The position numbers were made by a program, and so were the translations under genes. DNA of 64,000 nt from an uncultured delta proteobacterium (lineage in GTDB: Bacteria; Desulfobacterota; Syntrophorhabdia; Syntrophorhabdales; WCHB1-27), in the NCBI GenBank assembly GCA_963810935.1, contig CAWEPK010000008.1, forward strand, positions 480,001 to 544,000, given 5' to 3'. The notes beneath the pieces are model-generated. The model did no database searches, was not told the origin of the DNA, and was given only the letters and a program-made list of their open reading frames with translations. Below are positions 41,065 through 51,831 of this stretch, piece by piece. Each line of letters begins with the position of its first letter. Within the stretch, counting starts at the first letter, position 1.

Positions 41065-41409
41065 TTATGGGCATGAACCCTTGAAGGGCGTTCCAATGTT
41101 CATGGCCGGCGGGTTAGCCGTGTTGCTGCCGGTCAGGATTAGTATCCCTGCCGCAACTGCCGCTCCTGCCACAGCGGCTTTCGTAGCGGTGCCTGCGTGT
41201 ATCCCTTTCGTGACTACTTCCCCGAAACTGGCCCCCACAGCCCCTACCCCTGCAACCGAAGACTTGCACTCCGGGCCGAGAGCGGACGAACCGCCCTCCC
41301 CGTCTGTGGGGTTCCGGCCGAATGTGGGCGTGGTAAGAAGGCACGCGAGGAGGAGGAGCAGCGCCGCTTGCGCGCATAGCATAAGTTTCGTGCGCGCGAT
41401 CCGTTGCAT
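41065..41409 (-). CDS. Small Gly/Ala-rich exported or membrane protein
   Basis: Signal-peptide-like N-terminus and hydrophobic C-terminal GIHAGT...AVAAGILIL segment. Confidence 0.45.
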   Translation of the reverse strand: MQRIARTKLMLCAQAALLLLLACLLTTPTFGRNPTDGEGGSSALGPECKSSVAGVGAVGASFGEVVTKGIHAGTATKAAVAGAAVAAGILILTGSNTANPPAMNIGTPFKGSCP

Positions 41410-41826
41410 GGCTTTCTTTTGAATGTAATGTCGTGCATTGATCTGTCAATGGGGGGGTAAGACGAGAAATCGTAAGACCAAACGTATGTTGGGACAGATG
41501 GTTGTAACGCGGCAGTATTAAGAGTAGCGCCGATCGTGATCGCACAAGTTTTACGGGCAACCGGGAGGCACGGTAACAGCCTTGGATATGAGGAGTATAA
41601 AAAGCTTACATTTAAGGAGATGATCACTGAGGTGAAAGTGCGAAATGGCACGCGTGGAGCAGCCATATTTCTGGTAACGGGGATACCTTTCCCGGCCTGG
41701 ATTTCAACCTGATAAGCACGGAAAGAATCGTTATTCCTCAGGATCTAAGGTCCCTAAATCGGTGTCCCGAAAGCTGCCAAAAAGAGAAGGGTAAGATAGC
41801 CTATCATAAGCAGGATCGGAAGGCGC

Positions 41827-43047
41827 TCAAAGTCTGCCTGTCCCAAAAAAAGCCGATGCAGCTTCCACCACCGCTTGTGCGAACCTGGCGTCTTCTAAAT
41901 TGGCATCCACCTCGACGATCTCTATTTCCTTCCTTAGCTTCTTTCTTAATGTCTTGCAGAAAACAGCGTCTCCTTCCGGGTCATAGGTCGGGCCGCCCGG
42001 CTTGTCTACCGAGGACCAGCCGCGCATAGGCACGAGCACCCGGACAGGCCCTTTCGACCTATTCAATTTGAGGGCGAACGCCTCCGCGATCCGCCTCAAT
42101 TCCTCAGGGCTTGCGCGCAGCCATACCCGGAGCTTGTCCAGCTCGTATCGCGGCCGTCCGTACAACATGCGGCGGGAGCGGGACGGCGTTACATGGTTCA
42201 CGCTGCACGTCGACACGATTTGGGGGATGCCGCGGGCCCCCGCCGACTCCAGCCTCCCGGGCCCGGCGTCCCGTGCGAAGCCGTAGAGGTTCTCGCCCAC
42301 GCCTCCCGTCGCCAGGTCTATCACGCCCCGGAACATCCCCGACGCAATCATCTCCTCCATGGCGCGGTCGCCGGCGCCGTTGGCATGGAACCCGACGACC
42401 TCGCAGCCCGCCTTCTCCAGGGCGGACCGGACGAAGCTCGCGCACCTTTCACAGGGGCTCATCGTCGTCATGGCTAAGGCATTGCCTGCACCGGCCCAGG
42501 TATCGGCAACGCGCCGGCACGGCATGGCGCGCACGGCGTACGCCGCCCTTTCGAGGACGCTGCGCACGGGGTTGGAAAGACCTGCTATCTCGACTACGGA
42601 GTTGAACAGTATAATATCGCTCGTTTTAGGGAAAAAGCCGGAAAGTCCGCGCATGGCTGCGACGGACGAGACCATAAGCTTCGGGAAGCCGAACGGAAGG
42701 GCCTGCATCACCGCCGCAATCATAGATGTCCCGGTATAGCCGCCTATGCCGGTGATACCTTCGATCTTCCTTTCAGCCATCAGCCTTGATGCGATGCGCG
42801 AAGCTCCGACGATCATCGTCTCCATGTTTGAGGCCATGTTTCCGGAGCCGTTCAACGCTTTAAGGCTGCGTCCGCCGGCCCGCGCCACCTCGCTTGCTGT
42901 GATGTCCGCCTTGAAAACCGGCTTTCCGCAGCGCGTGGACAGGTCCATCGACAGAGACTCCGAGCCGAGGGCCTTCAGTTCCCCGTGCAGGTAGAGCGCT
43001 TCGGCGCCCTTCGTATCCATCGTGGCGAGGAGCAGGACAGACTTCAT
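41827..43047 (-). CDS. Tm-1-like ATP-binding domain protein (UPF0261), copy 1
   Basis: ATMDTKGAE, LPFGFPKLMVS, FHANGAGDRAME, R LESAGARGIPQ and PMRGWSSVD motifs. Confidence 0.9.
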   Translation of the reverse strand: MKSVLLLATMDTKGAEALYLHGELKALGSESLSMDLSTRCGKPVFKADITASEVARAGGRSLKALNGSGNMASNMETMIVGASRIASRLMAERKIEGITGIGGYTGTSMIAAVMQALPFGFPKLMVSSVAAMRGLSGFFPKTSDIILFNSVVEIAGLSNPVRSVLERAAYAVRAMPCRRVADTWAGAGNALAMTTMSPCERCASFVRSALEKAGCEVVGFHANGAGDRAMEEMIASGMFRGVIDLATGGVGENLYGFARDAGPGRLESAGARGIPQIVSTCSVNHVTPSRSRRMLYGRPRYELDKLRVWLRASPEELRRIAEAFALKLNRSKGPVRVLVPMRGWSSVDKPGGPTYDPEGDAVFCKTLRKKLRKEIEIVEVDANLEDARFAQAVVEAASAFFGTGRL

Positions 43048-43668
43048 ATTTGTACGTACTTCCATGAGACGGATGCCTTCCGTATCTTCCCTATGGGGAG
43101 GTCGGCGAAGTGGCCCCTGTCACGTAGATACTCGACGTTCGGCCTCCCGTCATCCGTGAAGGAAGGCAGCATGGCGTCGTCCTCTCCGTTGAACGGGACC
43201 GGGGTCACGCGCACCTTACGGCAGTAAGCGTTGTCGTAAGTGGGGGTCGCCTTGACCCATCGGCCGTCTATGTACAGGTCGGCCAGGCCGTGATACGCGA
43301 ATACGTTGCTCCCTCTCTTCAGAACAAGCTCCGGGGGCGTCAGGTGCGCGCGTATCTCCGCGAACCTGAGCCTCGCGGGTATGCCCGCGCAGCGCGCCAG
43401 AGCGGTCAGCAGGACCGCCTTCTGGACGCAGTAGCCTTCTCCGGCTGCAAGCACGCGGCTTGCCTTGAAGTGGGAATCGGTGGGCCTCTGCGCATAGACG
43501 TTATACCTGATCCCGTCCCTCACGAACAAGAAGAGGCGGACGGCCTTTTCCTTCGCGCTGCTGAGGCCGGTCGTCAGGCTCATCGGTCCTCCGGCAGACG
43601 TCCGGGTGGCCGCAATCGATAAAAAAGGTCGGCCGCAGGTAACGCTCTCTGCCTGTAAGTCTGCTCAA
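43044..43668 (-). pseudogene. Transglutaminase-like domain protein, frameshift near 43585
   Basis: YLRPTFFIDCGHP in one frame joins FVRDGIRY..GYCVQKAVLL..YHG..WVKATP in the next frame on removal of one base. Confidence 0.78.
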
Positions 43669-44033
43669 TCCTCCACCAGCGTAAGGGCGTTCGGGGCGCA
43701 CCACTGCACGCACTGCGGGTTAGGCGGCTCTCCGCAGAAGTCGCACTTGAGCGGGATGCCCGTGTCGGGTTCCTTATAGACCGATTTCGACGGGCACGAG
43801 GCCCGGCAAATGACGCAGCCGTCCACCTCGACGCCCTCCAGCATGCGGACGCCTTCCGAATTACAGGCGGCCTCCGTGTACGGGCCCGCGATGACGGGCA
43901 GGCAGAACTCCTCGCCCACGAATACCCTGATGCGCGACCGCCACGGGTTGACGGCCCCCGTGTGGGCCAGCGAACAGGCGATCTCGCACTGCTTGCAGCC
44001 GGTGCATACCTTATGGTCTATCTTTATCTTCAT
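43665..44033 (-). CDS. 4Fe-4S ferredoxin-like subunit, BamC-like
   Basis: CTGCKQCEIAC, AGPYTEAAC, CVICRASCPS and EPDTGIPLKCDFC..P.CVQWC follow the pattern I recall for BamC. Confidence 0.85.
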   Translation of the reverse strand: MKIKIDHKVCTGCKQCEIACSLAHTGAVNPWRSRIRVFVGEEFCLPVIAGPYTEAACNSEGVRMLEGVEVDGCVICRASCPSKSVYKEPDTGIPLKCDFCGEPPNPQCVQWCAPNALTLVED

Positions 44034-45847
44034 TCCGGGTCCGATCCTTCTTTGTCCAGCCCGATTTTATGGAGCTTCTCTTTGGTGGGCGCGCCTTTTT
44101 CGTCCCATTCCCTCAACCGGTAGTATTCGACGAGCAGCTTATCAAGCTCCACGACCCGGTTCTTCACGCGGGGCTCTTTGAGTATCCTCGGCGGCAGGGA
44201 GTCATCCTCGCCCGTGAGGCCTGCCCTCATATTGAAAAGGCGCTCGAGATTCCAAATCTTCTCTCCTAGCCTGTTGACCCCGTCCTGCGTGTATGCGGTG
44301 CCGGTCACGTACGTCAGCCACTCGGCGAGCTTCTCGCCCCAGAGCGGGCCATGGTAGACGATCCAGCAGAGTATCCCCGAATCGGCGGCCGCTATATAAT
44401 CCTGGTCCTTCTTCGTAAACTCTACAAAGCGGGCGGGGTCTTTCCGTCCCTCGTAGAACGGCATGGTCGATTTCGTGTGCGCGCCTCCCGTATTGGAGGT
44501 GGCGTACTGCAAGCCGAGCGCGTCGAACGCCTGCGGGTGCCAGGCCGGTATGCCCATGCCCTTAACGCCCATGAATAACTCCGGGTGGCCGTATCGCCCG
44601 GCAAAAGCCAGCCCGCCTTCCGCCATGAGGTCGCCGATCCCCTCCCTGTGGGCTATCTGCTTGAGCAGTTGGAACATGTTCGTGCTTCCGAATTCGAGCG
44701 GGTAGCCGAGGTCTTTTTCGGGCAGGTGGCCCTCCTCGAAAAGCTCCATGGCGCAGGAGACCATCGCCCCCGTCGTGATCGTATCCATGCCGAGCTCGTT
44801 GCACAGGTAATTGGCCCTGCAGATGTCCTCCATCTGCCCGAGACCGCAGTTCGCCCCCATAAGGGCCATCGTCTCATGCTCCGGCCCTTTTGCCGTCAAC
44901 GGGTATTCCGGGTCCTTGATGCGGCTCCTTTTCCCGCATGAGAAGGGGCAGGAGAAGCAGGCCTCGTCGCGCACCCGGATCAGGTCCCTGATCACCTCGG
45001 GGTCCTCATACTTCACGAAATCTTCGGAGTATCCCGATTTGAAATTGAACGCCGCCTGGCTCTTGCTTGCGTTCGCCCGGCCGGGCAGCGACCAGGTGCC
45101 GTATCTCCTACGCTTGTAGAATTCGCCGTTCTCGCGGGCTTCCTTGTAAAACTCCATGACCGCCTTCCGGAAGCCCTCCACGTCGGCGATGTTGACCGGT
45201 CCGGTCCCCAGGGCGGCCACCGCTTTGAGGTTCTTCGACCCCATGACCGCCCCCAGGCCCGAGCGTCCGGCGGCCCGCCCGCCGTCCGACATGATGCACG
45301 CGAACCTCACCATGTTCTCGCCGGCCGGGCCTATGTCGGCTACGCCCATGCTGTTGAGCGCCCAGTTATCGAAGCCGTATCTCTTTCTCATGTCTTCCCG
45401 GATCGTCTTTTCCGTATCCGCGGAGAGTTTGCCCCACAGGTGACCGGCCGGCAATATCTCCACCCGCTCGTTATTGATCGTCACGTAAACGGGCTCGGGC
45501 GACCTGCCCTCGAAGATAAGGAGGTCGTAGCCGGAATATTTCAGGTTCGATCCGAAATAGCCGCCGCAGCACGGACTCGACACGCAGTTGCTTAAGGGCG
45601 ACTTGGCGGAGACGATAAAGCGGCTTGCCGCCGGGGCCCCGCTTCCTGTCAGGGGGCCGGTGGAAAAGATAAGCTTGTTCGCCGGGCTTAAGGCGTCGAT
45701 CGCGGGGTCCACCTCATCGAAGAGTATCCTGCCGCACATGCCTCTGCCGCCGATGTAGTCGCTCATCAGGTAGGCCGGCAGCTCTTCTGTGCGGACTGTT
45801 GCCGCGGACAGGTCGATCCTCAGTATCTTCCCGTGCCACCCGAACAT
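44030..45847 (-). CDS. Aldehyde:ferredoxin oxidoreductase family tungsten enzyme
   Basis: GRSGLGAVMGSKNLKAV, CFSCPFSC, GPEHET, LGMDTIT, GGAH and ERLFNMRAG...DDSLP motifs. Confidence 0.93.
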   Translation of the reverse strand: MFGWHGKILRIDLSAATVRTEELPAYLMSDYIGGRGMCGRILFDEVDPAIDALSPANKLIFSTGPLTGSGAPAASRFIVSAKSPLSNCVSSPCCGGYFGSNLKYSGYDLLIFEGRSPEPVYVTINNERVEILPAGHLWGKLSADTEKTIREDMRKRYGFDNWALNSMGVADIGPAGENMVRFACIMSDGGRAAGRSGLGAVMGSKNLKAVAALGTGPVNIADVEGFRKAVMEFYKEARENGEFYKRRRYGTWSLPGRANASKSQAAFNFKSGYSEDFVKYEDPEVIRDLIRVRDEACFSCPFSCGKRSRIKDPEYPLTAKGPEHETMALMGANCGLGQMEDICRANYLCNELGMDTITTGAMVSCAMELFEEGHLPEKDLGYPLEFGSTNMFQLLKQIAHREGIGDLMAEGGLAFAGRYGHPELFMGVKGMGIPAWHPQAFDALGLQYATSNTGGAHTKSTMPFYEGRKDPARFVEFTKKDQDYIAAADSGILCWIVYHGPLWGEKLAEWLTYVTGTAYTQDGVNRLGEKIWNLERLFNMRAGLTGEDDSLPPRILKEPRVKNRVVELDKLLVEYYRLREWDEKGAPTKEKLHKIGLDKEGSDPE

Positions 45848-45848
45848 A

Positions 45849-46286
45849 TCAACCCCCGCCTGGACGGCCTGAATGCGTCTCTGCGTCCCGGAACGGACCG
45901 AGCGCCCTCACCGACTCCGTCATGCCGTTGACGATGCCCGCGAAGCGCAGCCCTTCCGATGCCGACACCCAGTCGAGCCGCACCCTCTCATCCTCTACCC
46001 CGAACTGCTCGAGCACCCTTTTCAGGAGCGCCATCCTGACGGCCGTCTTGTAGTTCCCTTCCAGGTAGTGGCATTCTCCCGGATGGCACCCGAGCACGAG
46101 CACCCCGTCGGCCCCGGCCTGAAGGGCTTCGAGGACAAAGGAAGGCTCGACCCTCCCGCTGCACATTACGCGGACGATCCTGATGTTCGGGGCGTACTGG
46201 GTCCTGGACGTGCCCGCCAGGTCGGCCCCTGCGTAGGAGCACCAGTTACAACTGAAAACGAGTATCTTCGGCTCGAACTGCTTCAC
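45849..46286 (-). CDS. mvhD: MvhD/FlxD-type 2Fe-2S subunit
   Basis: GTG start. FSCNWCSYAGADLAG, VMCSGRV, GCHPGECHY and WVSASEG motifs; Cys rather than Sec. Confidence 0.92.
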   Translation of the reverse strand: MKQFEPKILVFSCNWCSYAGADLAGTSRTQYAPNIRIVRVMCSGRVEPSFVLEALQAGADGVLVLGCHPGECHYLEGNYKTAVRMALLKRVLEQFGVEDERVRLDWVSASEGLRFAGIVNGMTESVRALGPFRDAETHSGRPGGG

Positions 46287-46294
46287 CTGCTGCC

Positions 46295-49200
46295 TCACGC
46301 GTCGAAGGCGGCGTGGATCTCCGCCAGGATCTGTTCCGTGGTGAAATGTTTTCCCTTCATTGCTCCGCCGGGACAGGCGGCCACGCAGACGCCGCACCCC
46401 TTGCAGAGCGCCTGGTTGACGTAGGAAACGCCTTTTTCTTCATCCTTCCGCACGGCGTCGTAGGGACACACCGCCTCGCAAACGCGGCACCCGCTGCAGC
46501 GCGATTCGTCCACCTGCGCCACGGCGGCCTGTCCCTCTATGCTCCCGCGCGTCAATACGGCAAGCGATCTCGATGCGGCGGCCTCGGCCTGGGCGATGCT
46601 CTCGTCGATGAATTTGGGACTGTGAGCGGCGCCGCACATGAAGATGCCGTCCGTCGAGAAATCGACGGGGCGCAGCTTCATGTGGGCCTCAAGGAAAAAG
46701 CCGTCCTCGTTCAGCGGGACCTTGAGCATCTGCGAGAGCGCCCGGTTTGCATCCGGCGCGACGGTGGCCGCGGCCAGGCAGACGAGGCCCGCGTCGAGCT
46801 GTATCTTACGGCCGAGGACAGGCTCGGTCACTGTCACCCTCAGGAAAGACTTCCCCTCCTCTTCCACGGCCGCGATATCAGGAGGGTCCTCCGGCTGGTA
46901 GCGGATAAAGACCACCCCTTCGTCCGAGGCCTTCCTGTAATAATCCTCCTTGAACCCGTACGTCCTCATGTCACGGTAGAGGACGTAGATGTCCATGTCG
47001 GGTCTCAGTCCCTTCAGCTTCAGCGCATCCTTTACGGAGTGCGAGCAGCAGACGCGGCTGCAATAGGGCCTTTCGTCATTTCTCGACCCGACGCACTGGA
47101 TAAAAACGGCCGCTTCGGTCTCCTTCACGCGGCCGGCGTCTTTCTCGATCATCTCATCGAGCTCCAGGAGCGTGACGACCCTCGGGTCCCGGCCGTACAG
47201 GTATTCGCCGGGTCTATGCTCCCCCGCGCCCGATGCCACTATGGTAACGCCGTGCTCTACCTGCCTCGGCGTATCGCTCCCCGCCACGCCGATCTTCGAC
47301 GAGAAGTTGCCCACGTAGCCCGAATGCTCCAGCAGCTCCGCGCCCGTAACGACCTCGATCATCTCCGTTGCGCGGACCTCCGAGACGAGGCGGTCCACCA
47401 GCGCGGCCACGTTGCCCCCCTCCAGCGTCTCGGGTATCCTCGCCGCCAATCCTCCCAGCTCGTCATTCTTTTCGATCAGGTGGACCTTGATGCCCTGGCG
47501 CGCCAGGGCCAGGCCCGCGGTCATACCGGCGACCCCGCCGCCGACAACCAGCGCCGCCTTCGTCACGCCGTATTCCGCCCGGTAAAGAGGCTGGAGTAGC
47601 AGGGCCCTTGCGGCGGCCATCCTGACGAGGTCCTTCGCCTTGCCAGTCGCGACCGCCTTGTCGCCCATATGGACGAAGGAGCAGTGCTCCCGGATATTGG
47701 CGAACTGGAAAAGGAAGGGGTTGAGACCGGCCTCTCTCAACGTGTCCTGAAAGACCGGCTCGTGGGTCCTGGGCGTGCATGCGGCCACTACGACCCTGTT
47801 GAGTCCCTCTTTCTTTATGGCCTCCACGATGTGCCTTACCGAATCGACCGAGCACGCGAAAGTCTCCTCAACGGCGCACGCTACGCCGGGAAGGTCCTTC
47901 GCGTATTCCACGACTTGCGGGACGCTCACGACCTTCGCGATATTTGTCCCGCAGTCGCATACGAATATGCCTATCCGCGGCTGCTCGCCGCCTACCTCGC
48001 GCTCCGCCGGGTAGACCTTTTCCGCGACCATTGTATGCCGCGCCTCGAAAAGGAGCCTGCGAGGCGAGAGACGCGGCCCCGCTCGCCATGGTGACGGTGT
48101 CCGGGATATCCATCGGGGCGTGGAAAACGCCGCAGGAAAAGATCCCCTTTCTCGATGTCTCCATGGGTGAAAAGTCGGGACTGCGGCAGAAGCCGTGGTC
48201 GTTCAGCTCTATTGCCAGGTTGCCGGCCAGGTCGCGGTTGCCTGCAGAAGGCGCCAGGCCTACGGAAAGGACAACGAGGTCGAACTCCTCATCCCTGACC
48301 CCGCTGCCGTTGACGCGGTACCTGAGCACTACGTTGCCGCTTTCGGCCCCCTCCCCCTTGATAGACGCCTTGGCCCATATGTAGCGCACGCCGGCCATCG
48401 CTTTGGCACGTTCGTAGAAGCGCTCGAAACCCTTGCCGTAGGCGCGGACATCGTTATGGAGGATAACGGCCTCCATCTCCGGATGGTGCTCTTTCGACAG
48501 TATGAGCTGCTTCGTGGCGTACATGCAGCATACGGCGGAGCAGTACGTACAACTCGAGCTTTCGTCACGTGAGCCGACGCACTGTATCCAGGCAATCCTG
48601 TGCGGAACACGGCCGTCGGACGGGCGGCGCAGCTCTCCCCCGTTGGGGCCCGATGCGCTGATCATCCGCTCAAACTCCAGGCTGGTTACGACATTCGGGA
48701 GCCGGTGGTACGCGTACCGGCTCTCCGCCGTGGGATCGAACGTATCGTATCCCGGCGCGAGGACCAGGCACCCGACACGTGCGGTCGTCCTTTTGGGCTG
48801 CATCCTGAAGTCTATGGCCTTGCCCTTACACGTCGGCACGCAGATCTGGCATATCTTCCTTTTCAGGAAAAGGCAATTCCCCGCGTCTATAACGGACACT
48901 GCCGGAACGGCCTGCGGGAAATGCACGTGGATGCACTTCTTTCTCGCCAGTTTTTCGTTGTACGTGTCCGGGACGTAGACGGGGCAGTATTCGGCGCAGG
49001 TGCCGCAGCCCGTGCATTTCTCCTCGTCCACGTAACGCGGCTCCTCGACAAGGCGGACCTCGAAATTCCCCGCCTCTCCCTCTACCCCTTCCACGCGGGT
49101 ATTGGTAAGGATCGTGATATTGGGGTTGGTCGCGCACTCGATAAACTTGGGGGAGAGGATGCACATGGAGCAGTCGTTGGTCGGGAAGGTCTTGTCGAGC

Positions 49201-49364
49201 TGTGACATCTTGCCCCCGATGGCGGGGGACTTATCGACAAGGTAGACCCTGAACCCGGAAGCTGCGGCGTCGAGGGCGGCCTGGATGCCGCCGACGCCCG
49301 CGCCCACGACCATCATCGCCCCGACCTTATCGGAGCGCCCGGGACTTTCAGGCACCGGACTCAT
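46295..49364 (-). pseudogene. hdrA: HdrA-like (BamE-like) double-FAD-domain flavoprotein, frameshift near 48056
   Basis: GGKMSQLDKTFPTNDCSMC, two IQCVGSR..YCS.VCC units and ferredoxin motifs. Removing one base at 48056-48057 gives ~1022 aa (..ASQLLFEARHTMVAEK..). Confidence 0.88.
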
Positions 49365-50530
49365 ATCACCTCGCCCACGATCTCCGAGATATCCCTGACC
49401 TCCAGCACGTCCCCCCTTTTCATCGTAAGGACGCTGTCCTTTAAGTTCAGGATGCAGTAAGGGCAGGCCGTAACGATGACTTCGGCTCCCAGGCTTATTG
49501 CCTGCTCGACGAGCGTATCGGAAAAGCGCTCTCCCTTTTTCGTCTCCATCCATATCCTCGCGCCGCCGCCGCCGCAGCACAGGCTGTTCTCCCTGGCATT
49601 CACCTCATCGATCAGCGTGAGGCCGGGAATGGCGGAAAGGACTTTGCGCGGCTCGTCGTAGACGCCGTTGTGGCGCCCCAGGTAGCAGGGATCGTGGTAG
49701 ACGACCCTCTTCGGAAAGGGCCTTTCGAATAAAAGGCGTCCTGCGTCGACCAGACCGGCCAGGTACTGGACGATGTGGACCACTTTGAAATCCGCGCCAA
49801 GCCGGGGATATTCGTTTTTGAACGTCTCGTAGCAGTGGGGCGAGCTGACGATAATCTCGCCGATCCCCGACGCGCGGAACGCCTTTATGTTGGCCGCCGC
49901 GAGGCTGTCGAAAAGCGCGTAGTTCCCCGCCTTCCGCACGCTCTCGCCGCAGCAGTTCTCATCGCTGCCGAGGAGCGCGAAGGCCGCGCCGGTCTGCTTC
50001 AGTATCCCGGCCGTCCGTCGGGCCAGATTCATCATCTTTGTGTCGAAGGCGGGCACGCAGCATGAGAAATAGGCCGTTGTCGCCCCGCCGCCGGGGGCAG
50101 GCAAGTCGAGGCCCGCCGCCCAGTCGGCCCGTTCCTGCCTCGCGCCGCCCCAGGGGTTTCCCGCGCTCTTCAGGCTCGCCATCGCGCTCCTGAGGCTCGC
50201 AGGGACCGCCCTGGCGACGCTCTCCACCGTGATATTGCGGACTGCGCGTATGACGTCCGTTATTGCGACGCCGCGCGGGCAGCGGCTCACGCACGCGTTG
50301 CAGGTTGAGCAGAGCCACCAGTCTTCCTCGCCGGGCTCCACCAGCCCGAACTTAGACTCCGTGATCTTCCTGTGGGGCGTGAAGGTCCGCACGTCGTTCC
50401 AGGGACAGCTCGCCGTGCAGAGGCCGCACTGGAAGCAGTTGCGGAACGCCTCCCCGCCGGCCTCCCTGATCATCTCTATCGCTTCTTTGAAGGGCGCCGT
50501 CGCTTCCGCTGCGGGTTTTTCCCTGCTCAT
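49361..50530 (-). CDS. HdrC/HdrD-like Fe-S protein with two CCG domains, BamD-like
   Basis: CFQCGLCTASCP, CSTCNACVSRCP, ENCCGE, YHDPCYLGRHN, CCGGGG and TACPYC motifs. Confidence 0.9.
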   Translation of the reverse strand: MSREKPAAEATAPFKEAIEMIREAGGEAFRNCFQCGLCTASCPWNDVRTFTPHRKITESKFGLVEPGEEDWWLCSTCNACVSRCPRGVAITDVIRAVRNITVESVARAVPASLRSAMASLKSAGNPWGGARQERADWAAGLDLPAPGGGATTAYFSCCVPAFDTKMMNLARRTAGILKQTGAAFALLGSDENCCGESVRKAGNYALFDSLAAANIKAFRASGIGEIIVSSPHCYETFKNEYPRLGADFKVVHIVQYLAGLVDAGRLLFERPFPKRVVYHDPCYLGRHNGVYDEPRKVLSAIPGLTLIDEVNARENSLCCGGGGARIWMETKKGERFSDTLVEQAISLGAEVIVTACPYCILNLKDSVLTMKRGDVLEVRDISEIVGEVI

Positions 50531-51794
50531 TGGGCTTCCCGTCCGATCCCGCCCCCGCCCGCCATCACCTTGCAGAGCTTACCGCATATGGAATCCGCGA
50601 GCGCCGCGTCGTCCATCGAGCACCCCATCTCGATAATCTCTATTCCGTCCCGTACCTTCAGGTAGCGCTTGAGGCCGTCGATGAAAACCGCGTCCGTCTC
50701 CGGCTCGTAAAGCGGGCCGCCCTCAACGCTCAGGGAAGAAAAACCCTTCAACGGGATGTAGACGAACGTGGGGCCTTTAGCCATGTTCAGCTTTTCGGCG
50801 AACACGCGCGCGATCTCTTCCATCTCGCGCCCTGTCGTCCGGGCCTGGACGCGCATCTCGTCCTGCACGTACAGCTTGCGCTTTTCTATCTCTTTCTCTC
50901 TCCAGAGGGGATCGCTCAGTCTGCGCGTGTAAGGCCCGCAGCTCAGCGCGTCGAACCCGCACGGCGTGAGTATTACGGGAATCCCCCTGCCGACTCCACG
51001 TCGAGCCTGTCGAGGCCCGCCGCGCGGTTGCCCCCCAGCATGGCCTCCGACAGGCCGGCCGGCACGAGGTCTATGACTGCGTCGAAAGCGCCGTCGCCTA
51101 TCATCTCTTCCATGATCCGGTCGCCCACTCCCTGCGCATGGAACGGGATCAATTCGAAGTCCTGCGAGGCGCATTGCGTGCGTACCATTCGGGCGCAGGC
51201 CTCCGAGAAGGCAAACTCGCTTATCGCCACCTGCTTTTTCGGATCGCCCCCGGAGAGCCGTTCCACGCCGGCCACACCGGCGATCATGCCTGCGAACCTG
51301 GCGAGCAGGTCCTTCACGAACCTGTTCAGGCCGTTGATGTCGAGGCATGAATGGAAGATCGCCATGTCCTTATATGCGAAGTAGCGGGCCGCGTAGGCGG
51401 GCATGGCGGCGGAGCTGGAGAGGATGAGCTTGGGAAAGCCGAAAGGCAGGGTCCTCATTACGGAGGAGATAAAAAGCGTATTGGTCGCCCCGCCGAAGCC
51501 GGCAATCGCGTCTATAGCCTTCTCTTTATAAAGCTTCCCGGCGATCTCGATACAGCCCGCCATCATCGGCCCGGTGATCGTCGCCGTGCCTTTGCTGGTG
51601 GATATCTCGTGAAAATCGGCGCCGCCCGAGCGGGCGACCTCGACGCACGTATAGTCGGCCCCCTCCCGGCTGTGCGCCCGCATCGCTATGTCGAGGAGGA
51701 TGACCTTGCAGCCGAGGGCTTCCAGCCGCCCTTTCAGGTAAAAGGCCTCTTCCCCCCTTGTATCGAGGGCCGTCAGCAACAGGACTGCGGACAT
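50527..51794 (-). pseudogene. Tm-1-like protein (UPF0261), copy 2, frameshift near 50990
   Basis: MSAVLLLTALDTRGEE, LPFGFPKLILS and FHAQGVGDRIME continue in another frame as GIPVILTPCG..PLKGFSSLS. Confidence 0.82.
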
Positions 51795-51831
51795 GCGCTT
51801 CCCTCTTCGTCTTGCGGGTATCGTCCGGTCT

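Noticed and set aside
44030..45847. Calling the W enzyme BamB (class II benzoyl-CoA reductase)
   Set aside because: It has AOR-type GPExET and His motifs and lacks the BamB-type Cys-ligand region as I recall it. No bamA or CoA-ligase genes are nearby.
45849..49364. Selenocysteine in MvhD or HdrA
   Set aside because: The relevant positions are Cys codons and the break in hdrA is a frameshift, not an in-frame TGA.
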